A stretch of DNA of 63,728 bases, filler included, from Octopus bimaculoides (taxonomy: Eukaryota), in assembly GCF_001194135.2 (NCBI RefSeq). It is 9 parts of 7 records of this genome, joined end to end, with 100 filler letters (N's around TTAATTAATTAA, not from the genome) between each part and the next. Parts side by side here need not be neighbours in the genome. Positions count along the whole stretch, not along the records: positions 8,152 to 28,177 come from NC_068984.1; positions 28,278 to 37,278 come from NC_068985.1; positions 37,379 to 44,092 come from NC_068981.1; 6 more parts are not named here. One strand, given 5' to 3'. This document shows positions 27,933 through 41,487 of this stretch, one piece after another. Each line of letters starts with the position of its first letter. Within the stretch, counting starts at the first letter, position 1. The notes beneath the pieces are model-generated. The model saw only the letters and a program-made list of their open reading frames with translations. It was not told where the DNA came from and did not search any database. Position numbers and translations under genes: made by a program.

Positions 27933-28177
27933 ATCATCATCATCATCATCGTTTAACGTCCGCCTTCCATGCTAGCATGGGTTGGACGATTTGACTGAGG
28001 ACTGGTGAAACCGGATGGCAACACCAGGCTCCAATCTAAATTTGGCAGAGTTTCTACAGCTGGATGCCCTTCCTAATGACAACCACTCAGAGAGTGTAGT
28101 AGGTGCTTTTACGTGTCACCTGCACGAAGGCCAGTCAGGCGATACTGGCAACGGCCATGCTCGAAATGGTGTCTTTT
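27933..28177 (-). mobile_element. (CAT)n-tailed retroposon, family D
   Basis: catcatcgtttaacgtccgccttccatgctagcatggg...ggatgcccttcc. Related copies at about 26910-27120 and 22270-22339 continuing after 22682. Confidence 0.6.
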
Positions 28178-28292
28178 NNNNNNNNNNNNNNNNNNNNNNN
28201 NNNNNNNNNNNNNNNNNNNNNTTAATTAATTAANNNNNNNNNNNNNNNNNNNNNNNNNNNNNNNNNNNNNNNNNNNNATATATATATATATA

Positions 28293-28842
28293 CAGACATG
28301 CAGGAAGTAAATAGACACGTTTAATTTTCAAAATCTTTTATTTGATATAAATTGGTGGAAGGAGATGATTTCTTCTAGCTGCACATCCATAATACCCAAG
28401 CTTATGCAGATATGTAGCACACGTTCTTGGACTATAACTTCTAGCTGATTTCCAATGTCAGAAGCCTCCGAACGGGGTTCGTTTTCCACAATTGTCTTCA
28501 AACAGTGAATCTTGCTTTCCGAGGGCCCAGGTCGGCCGGGACTAGAATCTGTTGATTCTTTTTCTTGGATTTTGAATTGCACTATAATTCTATTAACAGT
28601 AGCAAGAGGAATTTGAAGATTTTCGGTAATTTTTCGCTGGCTAAGACCAGCCTCAGATTGCCCAACAAAACGACCGCTTTGAAAATCTGACAGTTCTGCT
28701 AAATATTTTGTGCATGGCAAGGTTACTCTTCGCAAATGTTTAATATAATGGCACCTGGAATGAAAATTGTAAATTCTACACTGTTGAAAACATTTTAAGA
28801 CGCTTAGAACAGAAATTTTGAAAATTAAATGTGTCTATTTAC
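28293..28842 (-). mobile_element. Internally deleted Tc1-family DNA transposon
   Basis: TA|CAG end; inverted repeats 28307-28334 and 28815-28842 match at 27/28. Minus ORF ELSDFQSGRFVGQSEAGLSQRKITENLQIPLATVNRII..GRP is a Tc1 paired-like HTH; the DDE domain is absent. Right end runs into an N gap. Confidence 0.85.
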
Positions 28843-29624
28843 NNNNNNNNNNNNNNNNNNNNNNNNNNNNNNNNNNNNNNNNNNNNNNNNNNNNNNNNNN
28901 NNNNNNNNNNNNNNNNNNNNNNNNNNNNNNNNNNNNNNNNNNNNNNNNNNNNNATATATATATAATGTATATATGTTATGTATAATAAATATATATATAT
29001 ACATACATTATATATATTATGTATATATATTATGTATAATATATATTTACATATATATATATATATATATATAATATTAAATTTATCAAAAGCACAACAA
29101 ACAGAAAATTTCACAAAAAATCTAACAGAAAACTCATAGCTTATTCCTCATCAGGCAACGTCTAGAATGTCCTTACAATTTCGCGCCTTTGACGTTGATA
29201 TTGTTTTGGTGGTTCCAGAAGCGTAAAGCGACTGGGAATAGGAAACGGATGTACAAGACCATGATAAAAACAAACAGAAAATAAAACACATATACAATTT
29301 AAAAAAGCCGTGATGCTACAAGTCAAACAGTTATGGGGTAACGCAAATGAAAATGAAAATGTTCTGCAGGACTGGAGACGCAAGAACGACATATATATTC
29401 CGGTCTAGTTCTGTGTTTTTATGAGGGGATATTCCTTCTTCCGTATTATTACTGTGGGATGGAAAATTTCCTAACTCCATAACATTTTACCACCTGCATT
29501 GTCTCACTTTCCAAATGAAGACCTTTGATTTGACATTTGTAAATATCATTTAGTAAGTAATGGAATTGATGCGTTGCAAGTACTGAGAGTATCACCATGT
29601 TTTAAATTAATTTATTTTTCGTAG

Positions 29625-29656
29625 ATATGACACCAATGCTTTCTCAGTGGCCAGAG
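29625..29656 (+). CDS. Candidate upstream micro-exon (MTPMLSQWPE), possibly the TFAP2 N-terminus
   Basis: Strong acceptor tttatttttcgtag and donor GAG|gtgagt. ATG at 29627 gives 10 codons ending in phase 0, compatible with exon 44533. Separated from it by two linker gaps. Confidence 0.35.
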
Positions 29657-32259
29657 GTGAGTCTTTTTGTTATGAATGTACAGCAAATGTGTGTTTATTT
29701 TTACTTTGTATTGTATCATTAAGTAATCGCTTCTGCTGAGGTCGACTTTGTCTTTCATCATTTCGGGGTCGATAAATTAAGTACTAGTTAAACACTGAGG
29801 CCGATGTTATCTACTAGTCCCTTCCCACCAAATTTCAGCCCCCATGCCTATAGTGGAAAGGATTATTAAGTAATCGTCTAGATTAGTGCTGTATAATAAG
29901 GTGATTGTGTTGTCCACTAGTGTTTGAGCATCTCGCCTATCGAGCTTTGTTCTATATAATGTGAAATAATGCATTGCAATTTTGTGTCGAAAATTCATCA
30001 TAAGCACGCAAGAATTCATATAATTGTATTGGAAATGTAATTGTTAAAACAATGACGTTTACAAATTTCAAATTTACAGTCAAAATTTTAAAACAGACTC
30101 CCTTCATTAATTTCAAACAAACAAACAAAAAAATCTGTCTTTGAGTCTTGAGAGAAACCTGGTTGAACGATTCCAAACAAACCATAAAGAAGTTACGGTA
30201 AATGTTTGGAAAGCATTGAGGGTCTATGTTAGTAGAAATCACTTAAAGCTAGAATTTGTGGAATGTTGATGGCCTTTATAGTTTCTAGGAATGAAAAGGC
30301 TAACGTTTCGGGCTCTTATACTTCTTCAGAATGAAGATGAAGATGAGATTATTTACCAGGGTGTCTGCCTCCGACTAAAAATGAAAAAGAAAAATACTTT
30401 AACAAAAATAATAAACTAAGCCAGAAACTATAAATATCTCTACTAAACCAAATTCTTCTGTGCAGATTCCTACATAACACGTTTGTCTCAAAAGCTGCAA
30501 ACTGTGAATGCATTTAAATAAAATGCANNNNNNNNNNNNNNNNNNNNNNNNNNNNNNNNNNNNNNNNNNNNNNNNNNNNNNNNNNNNNNNNNNNNNNNNN
30601 NNNNNNNNNNNNNNNNNNNNNNNNNNNNNNNNNNNNNNNNNNNNNNNNNNNNNNNNNNNNNNNNNNNNNNNNNNNNNNNNNNNNNNNNNNNNNNNNNNNN
30701 NNNNNNNNNNNNNNNNNNNNNNNNNNNNNNNNNNNNNNNNNNNNNNNNNNNNNNNNNNNNNNNNNNNNNNNNNNNNNNNNNNNNNNNNNNNNNNNNNNNN
30801 NNNNNNNNNNNNNNNNNNNNNNNNNNNNNNNNNNNNNNNNNNNNNNNNNNNNNNNNNNNNNNNNNNNNNNNNNNNNNNNNNNNNNNNNNNNNNNNNNNNN
30901 NNNNNNNNNNNNNNNNNNNNNNNNNNNNNNNNNNNNNNNNNNNNNNNNNNNNNNNNNNNNNNNNNNNNNNNNNNNNNNNNNNNNNNNNNNNNNNNNNNNN
31001 NNNNNNNNNNNNNNNNNNNNNNNNNNNNNNNNNNNNNNNNNNNNNNNNNNNNNNNNNNNNNNNNNNNNNNNNNNNNNNNNNNNNNNNNNNNNNNNNNNNN
31101 NNTAATCACTTTCCATATCGCTGTTCAGTTATCACGCCCTCAGTAGATCGTGGATTTTTGGGGTTAGTAAATGTAAATTTATATCTCAGTCTCCTCAGTA
31201 TCTCGCGGGTTTCTGCGGCCCCATAGGTATTTATATTTTTTGAAATTTAAAATATTTCTCTTATAAAATAAGCATTTTCATGCTTAAAAATTTATTAATT
31301 AATGAATAAAAATACAGTATGGCACTGCGCTCTATAACACATTGATCAAATTACATTAAAAGAAAATACGTAGTAAACAAAGAATCACACAAGCTGCATG
31401 GAAAACGAAACTCGGAAGGCGAGTGTGTGGTGTTATTTTGCATTTATAATGAAATAAATATATACAAATTATAAAAATAATAAAAAATGTATACAGTACA
31501 GTAACTGTTCCTACTTCGCAGATTTTAACCTATCAGGTGGTGTTTGAGAACGCAACACCCGCAGTAGTCGAGGGAATGCTGTATATACATATGCATACTT
31601 ACATATATACACATACGTATCTTCACATGAGTTTGTATGAATGTGTATGTGTGCATGTGATTGCGTGCATATATAGACTGTTGAACAGCAGCATAGTCAA
31701 GATGGTATGTTTTCTTTTTTACTCTTGTTTTTTGCACACATCTACAAAATGACTTTCTAAAATAAAATTCCATTATGCAGCTGAGGAGTACATTTTCATT
31801 GTACATTTTATATAGTGTTCTCACTACATGAATAAATGAAGTTTGTACGAAACGTACGTACTGCTATAACCTATTGAATTTTTATTGCTTTTCTTCAAAT
31901 GTTATTCACCAAATCTCTTGATTTTGGTTTTGGTTTTTACCCTACCAAATCCTGGTGCCTCAAACATTTTAAGTACCACATTTAATCTTTCGATTAAATC
32001 TATATTAGTATTATATATATATATATATATATATATAAAGCTTTCACTCGTGTATACTAACACAAATATGCACACACGCGCACATACTAACACACACACA
32101 TACATATATCNNNNNNNNNNNNNNNNNNNNNNNNNNNNNNNNNNNNNNNNNNNNNNNNNNNNNNNNNNNNNNNNNNNNNNNNNNNNNNNNNNNNNNNNNN
32201 NNNNNNNNNNNNNNNNNNNNNNNNNNNNNNNNNNNNNNNNNNNNNNNNNNNNNNNNNNN

Positions 32260-32307
<48 letters not shown>

Positions 32308-32966
32308 AACTTACTTGGAAAAGGATGCGTGGCGTTCGATCATATTATATATATATATATATATATATATAAAGCTTTCACTCGTGTATACTAACACAAA
32401 TATGCACACACGCGCACATACTAACACACACACATACATATATCACGTCCTCACGTTGCTGGGTTTTTTGTTTTTTCGTTTTTTTTTTACTTATTATGTA
32501 TGTGTATATACACACATATATATATGCGTGTGTATGTGTGTGTATGTATGTATGTATGGATGGATGGATGGATGGATGGATGGATCAGACTTTGTACTTT
32601 GGTGAAATAATCATGCATTCACTACGTAGATTTTTATATTACAAATGTAATGTAAACAAAGTTATTGTATGTTGATTGGAAGAGAGAAAAGAGACATTAG
32701 GAGACAAAGAGAGTAAGAAGCTTTAAGTTGAAGAGGAGAGTGAGAGAGAAAATGGATGAAATGAGTTTAACATTTAGAAATGGTTGATTAAACAGAGACA
32801 GTTTAGCAATAGTCTAAGTGCGTGAAGGTTAAACATGGAGAAAAACATGAAACGCTCTCATATGAAGAGGTGAAATTATGGAACCTATGAAAGAAAAGGG
32901 GCAGATAAGTTTGTTGAAAGAAAAACAACGGGAAAAGGATTTATATAATAGGAAATAAACAGAAAG

Positions 32967-33038
<72 letters not shown>

Positions 33039-33595
33039 GGTGGGAGGTGAGAGGGTAACTAGAGGCACAAATATATGTGATATAAGAAAGTATAAAATAG
33101 AGAGATGTAATAATCAAACATATCGATAAAGAAAAAAAAAAGATGGCGAATAAAAGACGTGGCAGACGATTCGATGTTAACAAAGAAATAAATGTCGACA
33201 TACTGTGAAAAAAAAAAGAAAAAAGAAAATGTGTCAATACATGTATAGATAAATAAATATAGGCTAAAGAGACGAGGTTGGTAGATCAAATGTGAAGGAG
33301 ATAACCAAGTGATGAGAGAATGAGTACAGAAGGGGCTTTTATAGTAGGGTTTTTTTTTTCTTTTATGGTTTGTTTTTGTGCAATTTTTCCTTGGAATTTG
33401 ATTTGATGAAAGTGTGTGGCTGTTATTGTCAAGAACGGAAATGATAGGAGAGTGATGGAAATCCTGGAGTAAAATTGTACGAAGAGAGTATGAGAGTGTG
33501 AAAGAGAGAATAAGAAAGACTGGTGGAGAGGGAGACTTAGTGTAAGGGCAGAAACGAGAGGCGGGTAGAAGAACGTGGAGGCCAGAAAAACACGG

Positions 33596-34080
33596 TGAGT
33601 GAGTGAGTGAGTGAGTGAGTGAGTGAGTGAGTGAGCGAGCGAGTGAGTGAGTGAGCGAGTGAGTGAGTGAGTGAGTGAGCGAGTGAGTAAGTGAGTGAGT
33701 GAGTGAGTGAGTGAGTGAGCGAGTGAGTGAAAGAGTTAGTGAATGAGTGAGTGAGTGAGTGTGTGAGTGAATGAGTGAGTGAGTGAGTGAGTGAGTGAGT
33801 GAGTGAGTGAGTGAGTGAATGAGTGAGTGAGTGAGTGAGTGAGTGAGTGAGTGTGTGATTGAATGAGTGAATGAGTGCATGAGTGAGTGAGTGAGTGAGT
33901 GAGTGAGTGAGTGAGTGAGTCAAGAAAGAAACAAAAAATGAAGACAAAAAAAATATCTAGCTAAACTTATCGGAAACGTCAAGATTGAGTGAGTGAGTGA
34001 GTGAATGAGTGAACGAGTGAGTGAGTGAGTGAGTGAGTGAGTGAGTGAGTGAATGAGTGAGTGAGTGTGAGTGAGTGACT
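33596..34080. repeat. (GAGT)n tetranucleotide arrays
   Basis: Two arrays, about 33596-33920 and 33986-34078. Confidence 0.95.
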
Positions 34081-35301
34081 CTGTGTGATAATAGAAGCTA
34101 CTGATCGTAGAGAACAAAAGAACATCTAAGTTGAGCAAGATTGACCTCTTTATAAGCTTCAACGCTTTTGTCTGTTGTCTCTTTGCCTGTTTCATCTCTC
34201 TCCCCGTTTCGAAATCCTCGTGAGTCCCCTCTTTAGCATTCATTTTTCTTTTCTTTTTTTTCTTTTTTTTTGTTTGTTTCTTTTGTTGTTTACCCCTATA
34301 ACTTTTTCTGGAAATATCAGTGATCTCTACAAACATAAATGAAAAATCTAGGTCGAACTTTTAAACTGGAGACGATCAAGATTTCAGAGAGCTTCCTTCC
34401 GTTGGAGTCTGGCTAAAAATCTGTCAGCAATTTGAGGAAATTAGAGAAACACAGAGAAAACAATAGTGTCTTACATAGCAAAATGACATAGCGGAAGTGC
34501 GATATAACAATAGCGGCTTATATAGTGGACGAATGACATACCGGAAGTGCACTGTAACAATGGTGAAATAATTTTTTCCCTCACAGGCCCACCACTACGC
34601 ATGTTTTAAAATTCTAATTTTCATTGCATAGTTTAAATGTCCTCTCCCTTAAAAGTTGACTCCTTTCAAACACTGGGTGTTCATTCTTCTTTTCTTATTA
34701 TCCTTTCGACCTATTACATTTTTTCATTCTTTCATTATCTCTTTCTGTTAATTTCTTTACTTTTTCTTGACTTTTCCTATCTTTAAGTTTAGCTAGATAT
34801 TTTTTTTTTGTTTTCATTTCTTGACTTGTTTCTTTTTTCGTCTCGCTCTCATTTAATACAGACTGTCATTTAGCTGTCTTCTACGGTAACAAAATAATAT
34901 TTGCACCCTACGCCTTCCTTTTTCACTTCGCATCAGTGTAAATAAATAAATGAATAAATAAATAAATAAATAATTTTAATTTTCGAAATTTCAATACGAA
35001 AAGGAACTACACATGACATAATTACATGCTATCAAATTTTGGCAAAAGAATGTAAAATGAGAAACAAAAATATAGTAAAAGAGAATAAAACGGATTAAAA
35101 AAAATAAAAATAAAATTCCAATGGGCGTAAAAAGCACGCGTTCGATCAGTACATGTATGTGTTTATGTATGTATGTGGGTATATACATAAATACATAAAT
35201 GCATACCATGCATACATGCATACAGACAGACAAACAGATAGATATATAAGTAGACAAATATATGTACATATGTATTATATAATAATATTCATAAGTGTGT
35301 G

Positions 35302-35333
<32 letters not shown>

Positions 35334-35594
35334 TAGTAGCCCCTCTTGATATTTCGTCTTTAAGACAAGAGGGCAAGAGGGATCCATCAGCTATTTTACA
35401 ATTCAGTCGCTTAAATGTGACGATGATTTAAATATCTTGAAGAATGTTAACTTGTTTGGAGGAAATTATTCCATTTCCGTTAATATGTATGCGAATCTTG
35501 GACAGTGCCATTACATTTTTGGCTGAATAATGACAATTTTTATAAGGGAAGACAGCAGAGATAGAGGGGAGATGGAGAGAGAGAAAAAGAGAGA

Positions 35595-35665
<71 letters not shown>

Positions 35666-35752
35666 GGAGTACAAGTGAAAGCTAAGAGAACTAAGAGACA
35701 AAAGTGTGAAATTTTCGAATTTCGGAGAGATAATTGGGAGATGAAGGGACAG

Positions 35753-35803
<51 letters not shown>

Positions 35804-36158
35804 TGGGGGGAGAGGATGAGAGAGGGAGAGAGAAGGACAAAGGGCGGAGAAAGATGAAATGAGCAGACACAGGAAAGCAGAGAACATGTGTGCATGCGTT
35901 CGCGTGTATGTATGTGTGTGAGAGTGCGTTGAATTTTCATGTAAATTAGGTTCTTTCAAAAAATGTGATTACCTCATTATAGAGCTATTTAAATAGGAAA
36001 GACAAACCATTCAACTATCATTTTAACAAACATAGTTTTAAAGGATTCATGAAAAGTCCTTTTTCGTTACGAAAAAAAAATTGCGTCTCCTTGTCTAATG
36101 ACTTATTAACAAACAAATACACAGGATATGTGTGTGTGTATGCATATATGTATATGTG

Positions 36159-36196
<38 letters not shown>

Positions 36197-36620
36197 NNNN
36201 NNNNNNNNNNNNNNNNNNNNNNNNNNNNNNNNNNNNNNNNNNNNNNNNNNNNNNNNNNNNNNNNNNNNNNNNNNNNNNNNNNNNNNNNNNNNNNNNNNNN
36301 NNNNNNNNNNNNNNNNNNNNNNNNNNNNNNNNNNNNNNNNNNNNNNNNNNNNNNNNNNNNNNNNNNNNNNNNNNNNNNNNNNNNNNNNNNNNNNNNNNNN
36401 NNNNNNNNNNNNNNNNNNNNNNNNNNNNNNNNNNNNNNNNNNNNNNNNNNNNNNNNNNNNNNNNNNNNNNNNNNNNNNNNNNNNNNNNNNNNNNNNNNNN
36501 NNNNNNNNNNNNNNNNNNNNNNNNNNNNNNNNNNNNNNNNNNNNNNNNNNNNNNNNNNNNNNNNNNNNNNNNNNNNNTATATATATATGTATACACACAC
36601 ACACACACACATATATATAT

Positions 36621-36660
<40 letters not shown>

Positions 36661-36669
36661 AACATACAT

Positions 36670-36704
<35 letters not shown>

Positions 36705-37382
36705 CATATATACATACATGCACACATATATATATGTATGTATAAAATATATGAAATGTGCATAATATGCATATATGTATTATATAAAATAAATCGATTA
36801 TGTACATTTATACTTTATAGAACATGTATATATAGATATATATGTCTATATTTGCATATTAATCTATATATATATATATGTGTGTGTGCGTGTGTCTGTG
36901 TATGTTTGTGTGTGTGCACGCGCGCGTGTGTGTGCACGCGCGCGTGTGTGTGTATACGTATGTATTTATTAACGTACATATATGCATGTATACCATGCAT
37001 GTGAATATATGCATGTATAAATACGCATTTTAATGATGTCAGTATCATTAAAATGCGTATATGGAGAAGCATTTACGCAGTGGTTATTATCCGACAAAGA
37101 ACTCCGACACGCGAAGCAAAGCATTGGAATAGTAACAATTCTCATTTAGTTCACTGTACATACACGCGTTTCCGTCCACATTCCAAGTGACATTATAACT
37201 TGCAAAAATACATACAAACACGCACGCATGTAAGTGTGAATACCCCCCACCACCATGACATATATATATATATATATANNNNNNNNNNNNNNNNNNNNNN
37301 NNNNNNNNNNNNNNNNNNNNNNTTAATTAATTAANNNNNNNNNNNNNNNNNNNNNNNNNNNNNNNNNNNNNNNNNNNNCTTC

Positions 37383-37466
<84 letters not shown>

Positions 37467-38036
37467 GTGTATGTATGTATGTGTGTGTACAAGTATAAGA
37501 AATCGCTTTACATGTTTCTTTATGCATGCATCTTAGATTTACAGTTGTTTCTGATATGCATCGAAAAAAGTTGACTCCGTGCATGGATTCCAAAGACAAT
37601 TGTATTGATAAAGTTGGTAATTTTCATTAATTGATCAATAGACCGATTGAATAAACGAACCTATGAATGCGCCTATAATGCATATAAGGAACAACTGTAA
37701 GTGTAAGATGCACAAGTAAAGAAACATTTAAAGCCCATTTTTTATGAATCTTCTTGTGTATCATCTTGTGAAAATGTACCGTATTAACTGGAGAAGGTAA
37801 CCATGGATTTGCAAAGTCGACTGATGATGGACTTCAATTTCGGATCTTGCCTTAGGATTACCTGGCGTTCTATACCAATCTGAAAACATTTTGTTAAACT
37901 GGTGCATTTGTATTAACAGAGAGATTGAAAAGTATTTTGTCCGGTTTGATAACCTCTGATTGATAACCAGCTCTCTCATTATATATGTATTTACGCACGC
38001 ACACACATACATACACACACACACACACACACATAC

Positions 38037-38085
<49 letters not shown>

Positions 38086-38315
38086 TAAAAGAGAAAAACA
38101 ATCATAAGTTATGGAATATATTATATAGACTGTGGATGCTATTATGCAATTATGTGCAAATATTATAAGCATTTAATACTACATAAGCAAATATAACATT
38201 ACACATGAATAATGATGCATAAGTATCTTCATGAAGCAAAGACAGAACATCATCCTCAGCAAGGTTGGATAAATGCTATAACTAAAACTATTTCTGGCTA
38301 TGCTATGTTACACCA

Positions 38316-38377
<62 letters not shown>

Positions 38378-38922
38378 GCGCGCACACACAAATAGATAGA
38401 TAAATAGATAGATAAATAGTTTCCATATATCGAATTCACTCGCAAGTTTTTGGTCAGCTCGGAGCCAGCCATACCAGAAGGTCCTTGTTTAATGTACTGC
38501 TCAGTGAGATGGAACCTAGACCACGCAGTTGCGAAGCGAACTTCTTAACTAGACAGTCACGCCTGTGTGTATAACTATATTTACTGTTCTAAAAATTGCT
38601 TTCGAAGTATTCATGAATGTGGTCTGGCGGAATGACTACTTTTAATTATGGGCGAGTGGAATATGTATCAAATTTCACCAGGTTCTTTCATATCCTCAAT
38701 TGTCATTAATATACTTTAATATAGAGAAATTTGGGTCTTCCGTTATTCAGTTCCGGCTGATAATGCAACTGATTAGTGTTTTTAAAGGGCCAGGTTATTT
38801 TCAGAAACACGATACGTGTCCTGCTGGATAAATTATTTTTCTTATAAAGTTCCGAATTGCGTTTTTTGCCAATGAGATAACATCCCACCCCACAGATGTA
38901 TAATGTGTGTGTATGTGTGTGT

Positions 38923-38960
<38 letters not shown>

Positions 38961-39193
38961 TGTGTCTGTGTGTGTCTGTGTGTGAACGTGCGAGCTTGTG
39001 TGTATGTGTATGTTTAATATTTTCATATTTTAGTGATGTTAAAATGATAGTTCTAGCGATGTATTGACATAACTTTAGAGATATAACAACTTCAATCTCG
39101 CTCTGCAAAGTTTAAGATTTAAAAAATTTAAGCTGACAAACAGACAGACAGACAAACAGATAGATAGATTGATAGATAGATAGATAAATAGAT

Positions 39194-39227
<34 letters not shown>

Positions 39228-40977
39228 AGGGAGGGAGGAAAGAGAGTGAGTATGAATGTATACGTCTATATGTGTTTGTCTGTAAGTAATACTATGCTAT
39301 ATGCATATGTGAAGTGAGTAGAAATATACATGTGTTAAAACAGTCGATGTTAGTTCGTGCAAGTTCGTCATATTGTAAAAAAAGTCAGAGTCAAAATGAC
39401 CAGAAATAATATGATACAACCAAAAGATTTATTGTAGAGTAAAATCTAATCTGCGGATTAAAGTAATTAAATAGTTTTGCCGATTGATAGAAGAACTGAA
39501 TCGAATTTTATATTAAGCACAAACCGATTATTACTTTTTTATATCTTTGTATAAAACGAATTATTAAATAATTTTATCATCTCCTTGTCTCCTCTTCTCC
39601 GGATATTGATATTTTCAATAAAAGCGATTAATGTTTTGGATTTGGTAAAACCTACTACAACTGAGTATTGTTTAAGCTCTTCGAAGTACTGGCATCAATC
39701 TTTGGCATTTTGATAGAGAATATCAATGTTTATGTATTCTTTAATGGTCCGTATAATTCTTTAATAACATAAGTGGTTTTTCTAAAGGATAATTATTAAG
39801 GAATCTTAAATATTTCTTTTGGTGATTTGCCGATTCAAGACCATACATCCTTTGGTATAGGAATAAAGCCATATTGAGACCAAGTTGCCATGGAAGTGAG
39901 ACAGAACATAGGGCTTTTAAGTCAAAGTGGAATATCCTTATGAAATGTAGGATAAATATGTTTTTAATGACTCAGCGCCTTTAGTTATTGCATTATATCA
40001 AGTGTTTCTTGCGCGACAATATTTTTCTTTTAATGGGACGAAAAAATGCCAGAAGACATATTGATTAATTACTGTACAGAGGATTTAAATCTATCTGAAG
40101 TACTGAAACATGATTCTTGAATGTAAACGTCCAGGGAAATGAACAGTCTACATTCTAAGTCAGCGTCGTCGCAAACATCGTTGTCATCATCATAACCGTC
40201 GTTGATAGCATTATCAAGCGGAGACATGGGTAACTCGAATTATTACAACAGTCTTATAGAGGAAACAGAGTTTCAGGAGTCATTGCTCTTATCCTTAACC
40301 ATTTAGCATTTAAACAGGCCTTTTCAGGCACAAATATTCTTGCTGTTTTATGTTCAAACCAGCCTGATCCAAACTCTCACACCTATCCTACAGTGTCATC
40401 CGAAAACTAAACGATCGCATTATTGAAATCTGAAAGCTATGAGTTAAGGTATAATTAATTTAAACCAATGTGAATAAATGAGCAGAACATTTAAGAGAAT
40501 AATGTGAATGCTTAAGGATTAACGGTTTCCAATGAATGGGATGTCAGTCCGTCGCAGGAGTATTTTCGGCTGTTGGTACTCATCTTCACCACAAAGGATT
40601 CGAGTAGCATGAAATAAAGTGCTTTCCTTACTCAGCAAGAGAAAGCGCTCCTTGGTCCAAGGATCGAGCCTACGCCCTTACGATCGTAAGTATAATTTCC
40701 ATTGCAAGACTCTCAACCCAAAGTTACACAGGTTTCTTAATGCAAAGCATTTTAAAATACAGCACTTCGAGAAGTCAAATTAATGTTTAGCAAATTTATC
40801 TAACGAATTATTTGAACAGCAGGTGTGGCTGTGTGGTAAGAAGTTTGTTTTCCAACCACATAGTTCTTGGTTCAGTCCAACTGCATGTCACCTTGTGCAA
40901 GTATCTTCTACTATAGCCTCAGGCCAACCAAAGCCTAGTGAGTGGATTTGGTAGATGGAAACTGAAAGAAGCCTGTC

Positions 40978-41017
<40 letters not shown>

Positions 41018-41487
41018 NNNNNNNNNNNNNNNNNNNNNNNNNNNNNNNNNNNNNNNNNNNNNNNNNNNNNNNNNNNNNNNNNNNNNNNNNNNNNNNNNNN
41101 NNNNNNNNNNNNNNNNNNNNNNNNNNNNNNNNNNNNNNNNNNNNNNNNNNNNNNNNNNNNNNNNNNNNNNNNNNNNNNNNNNNNNNNNNNNNNNNNNNNN
41201 NNNNNNNNNNNNNNNNNNNNNNNNNNNNNNNNNNNNNNNNNNNNNNNNNNNNNNNNNNNNNNNNNNNNNNNNNNNNNNNNNNNNNNNNNNNNNNNNNNNN
41301 NNNNNNNNNNNNNNNNNNNNNNNNNNNNNNNNNNNNNNNNNNNNNNNNNNNNNNNNNNNNNNNNNNNNNNNNNNNNNNNNNNNNNNNNNNNNNNNNNNNN
41401 NNNNNNNNNNNNNNNNNNNNNNNNNNNNNNNNNNNNNNNNNNNNNNNNNNNNNNNNNNNNNNNNNNNNNNNNNNNNNNNNNNNNNNN

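Noticed and set aside
31840-31980. Sequence shared with 8152-8212 and with about 59880-59910; minus ORF LKMFEAPGFGRVKTKTKIK
   Set aside because: A dispersed repeat fragment; resemblance to the missing CFAP54 exon is unconvincing.
32030-32445. About 80-bp segment duplicated on both sides of an N gap
   Set aside because: Most likely an unresolved overlap or local tandem repeat at a gap, so it cannot be separated from assembly artefact.
37761-37980. Minus ORF MRELVINQRLSNRTKYF...WYRTPGNPKARSEIEV
   Set aside because: No recognisable homology, and no consistent splice sites around the open frame.
39600-40230. Protein-looking minus-strand stretches (WSQYGFIPIPKDVW)
   Set aside because: Multiple stops and no assignable family.
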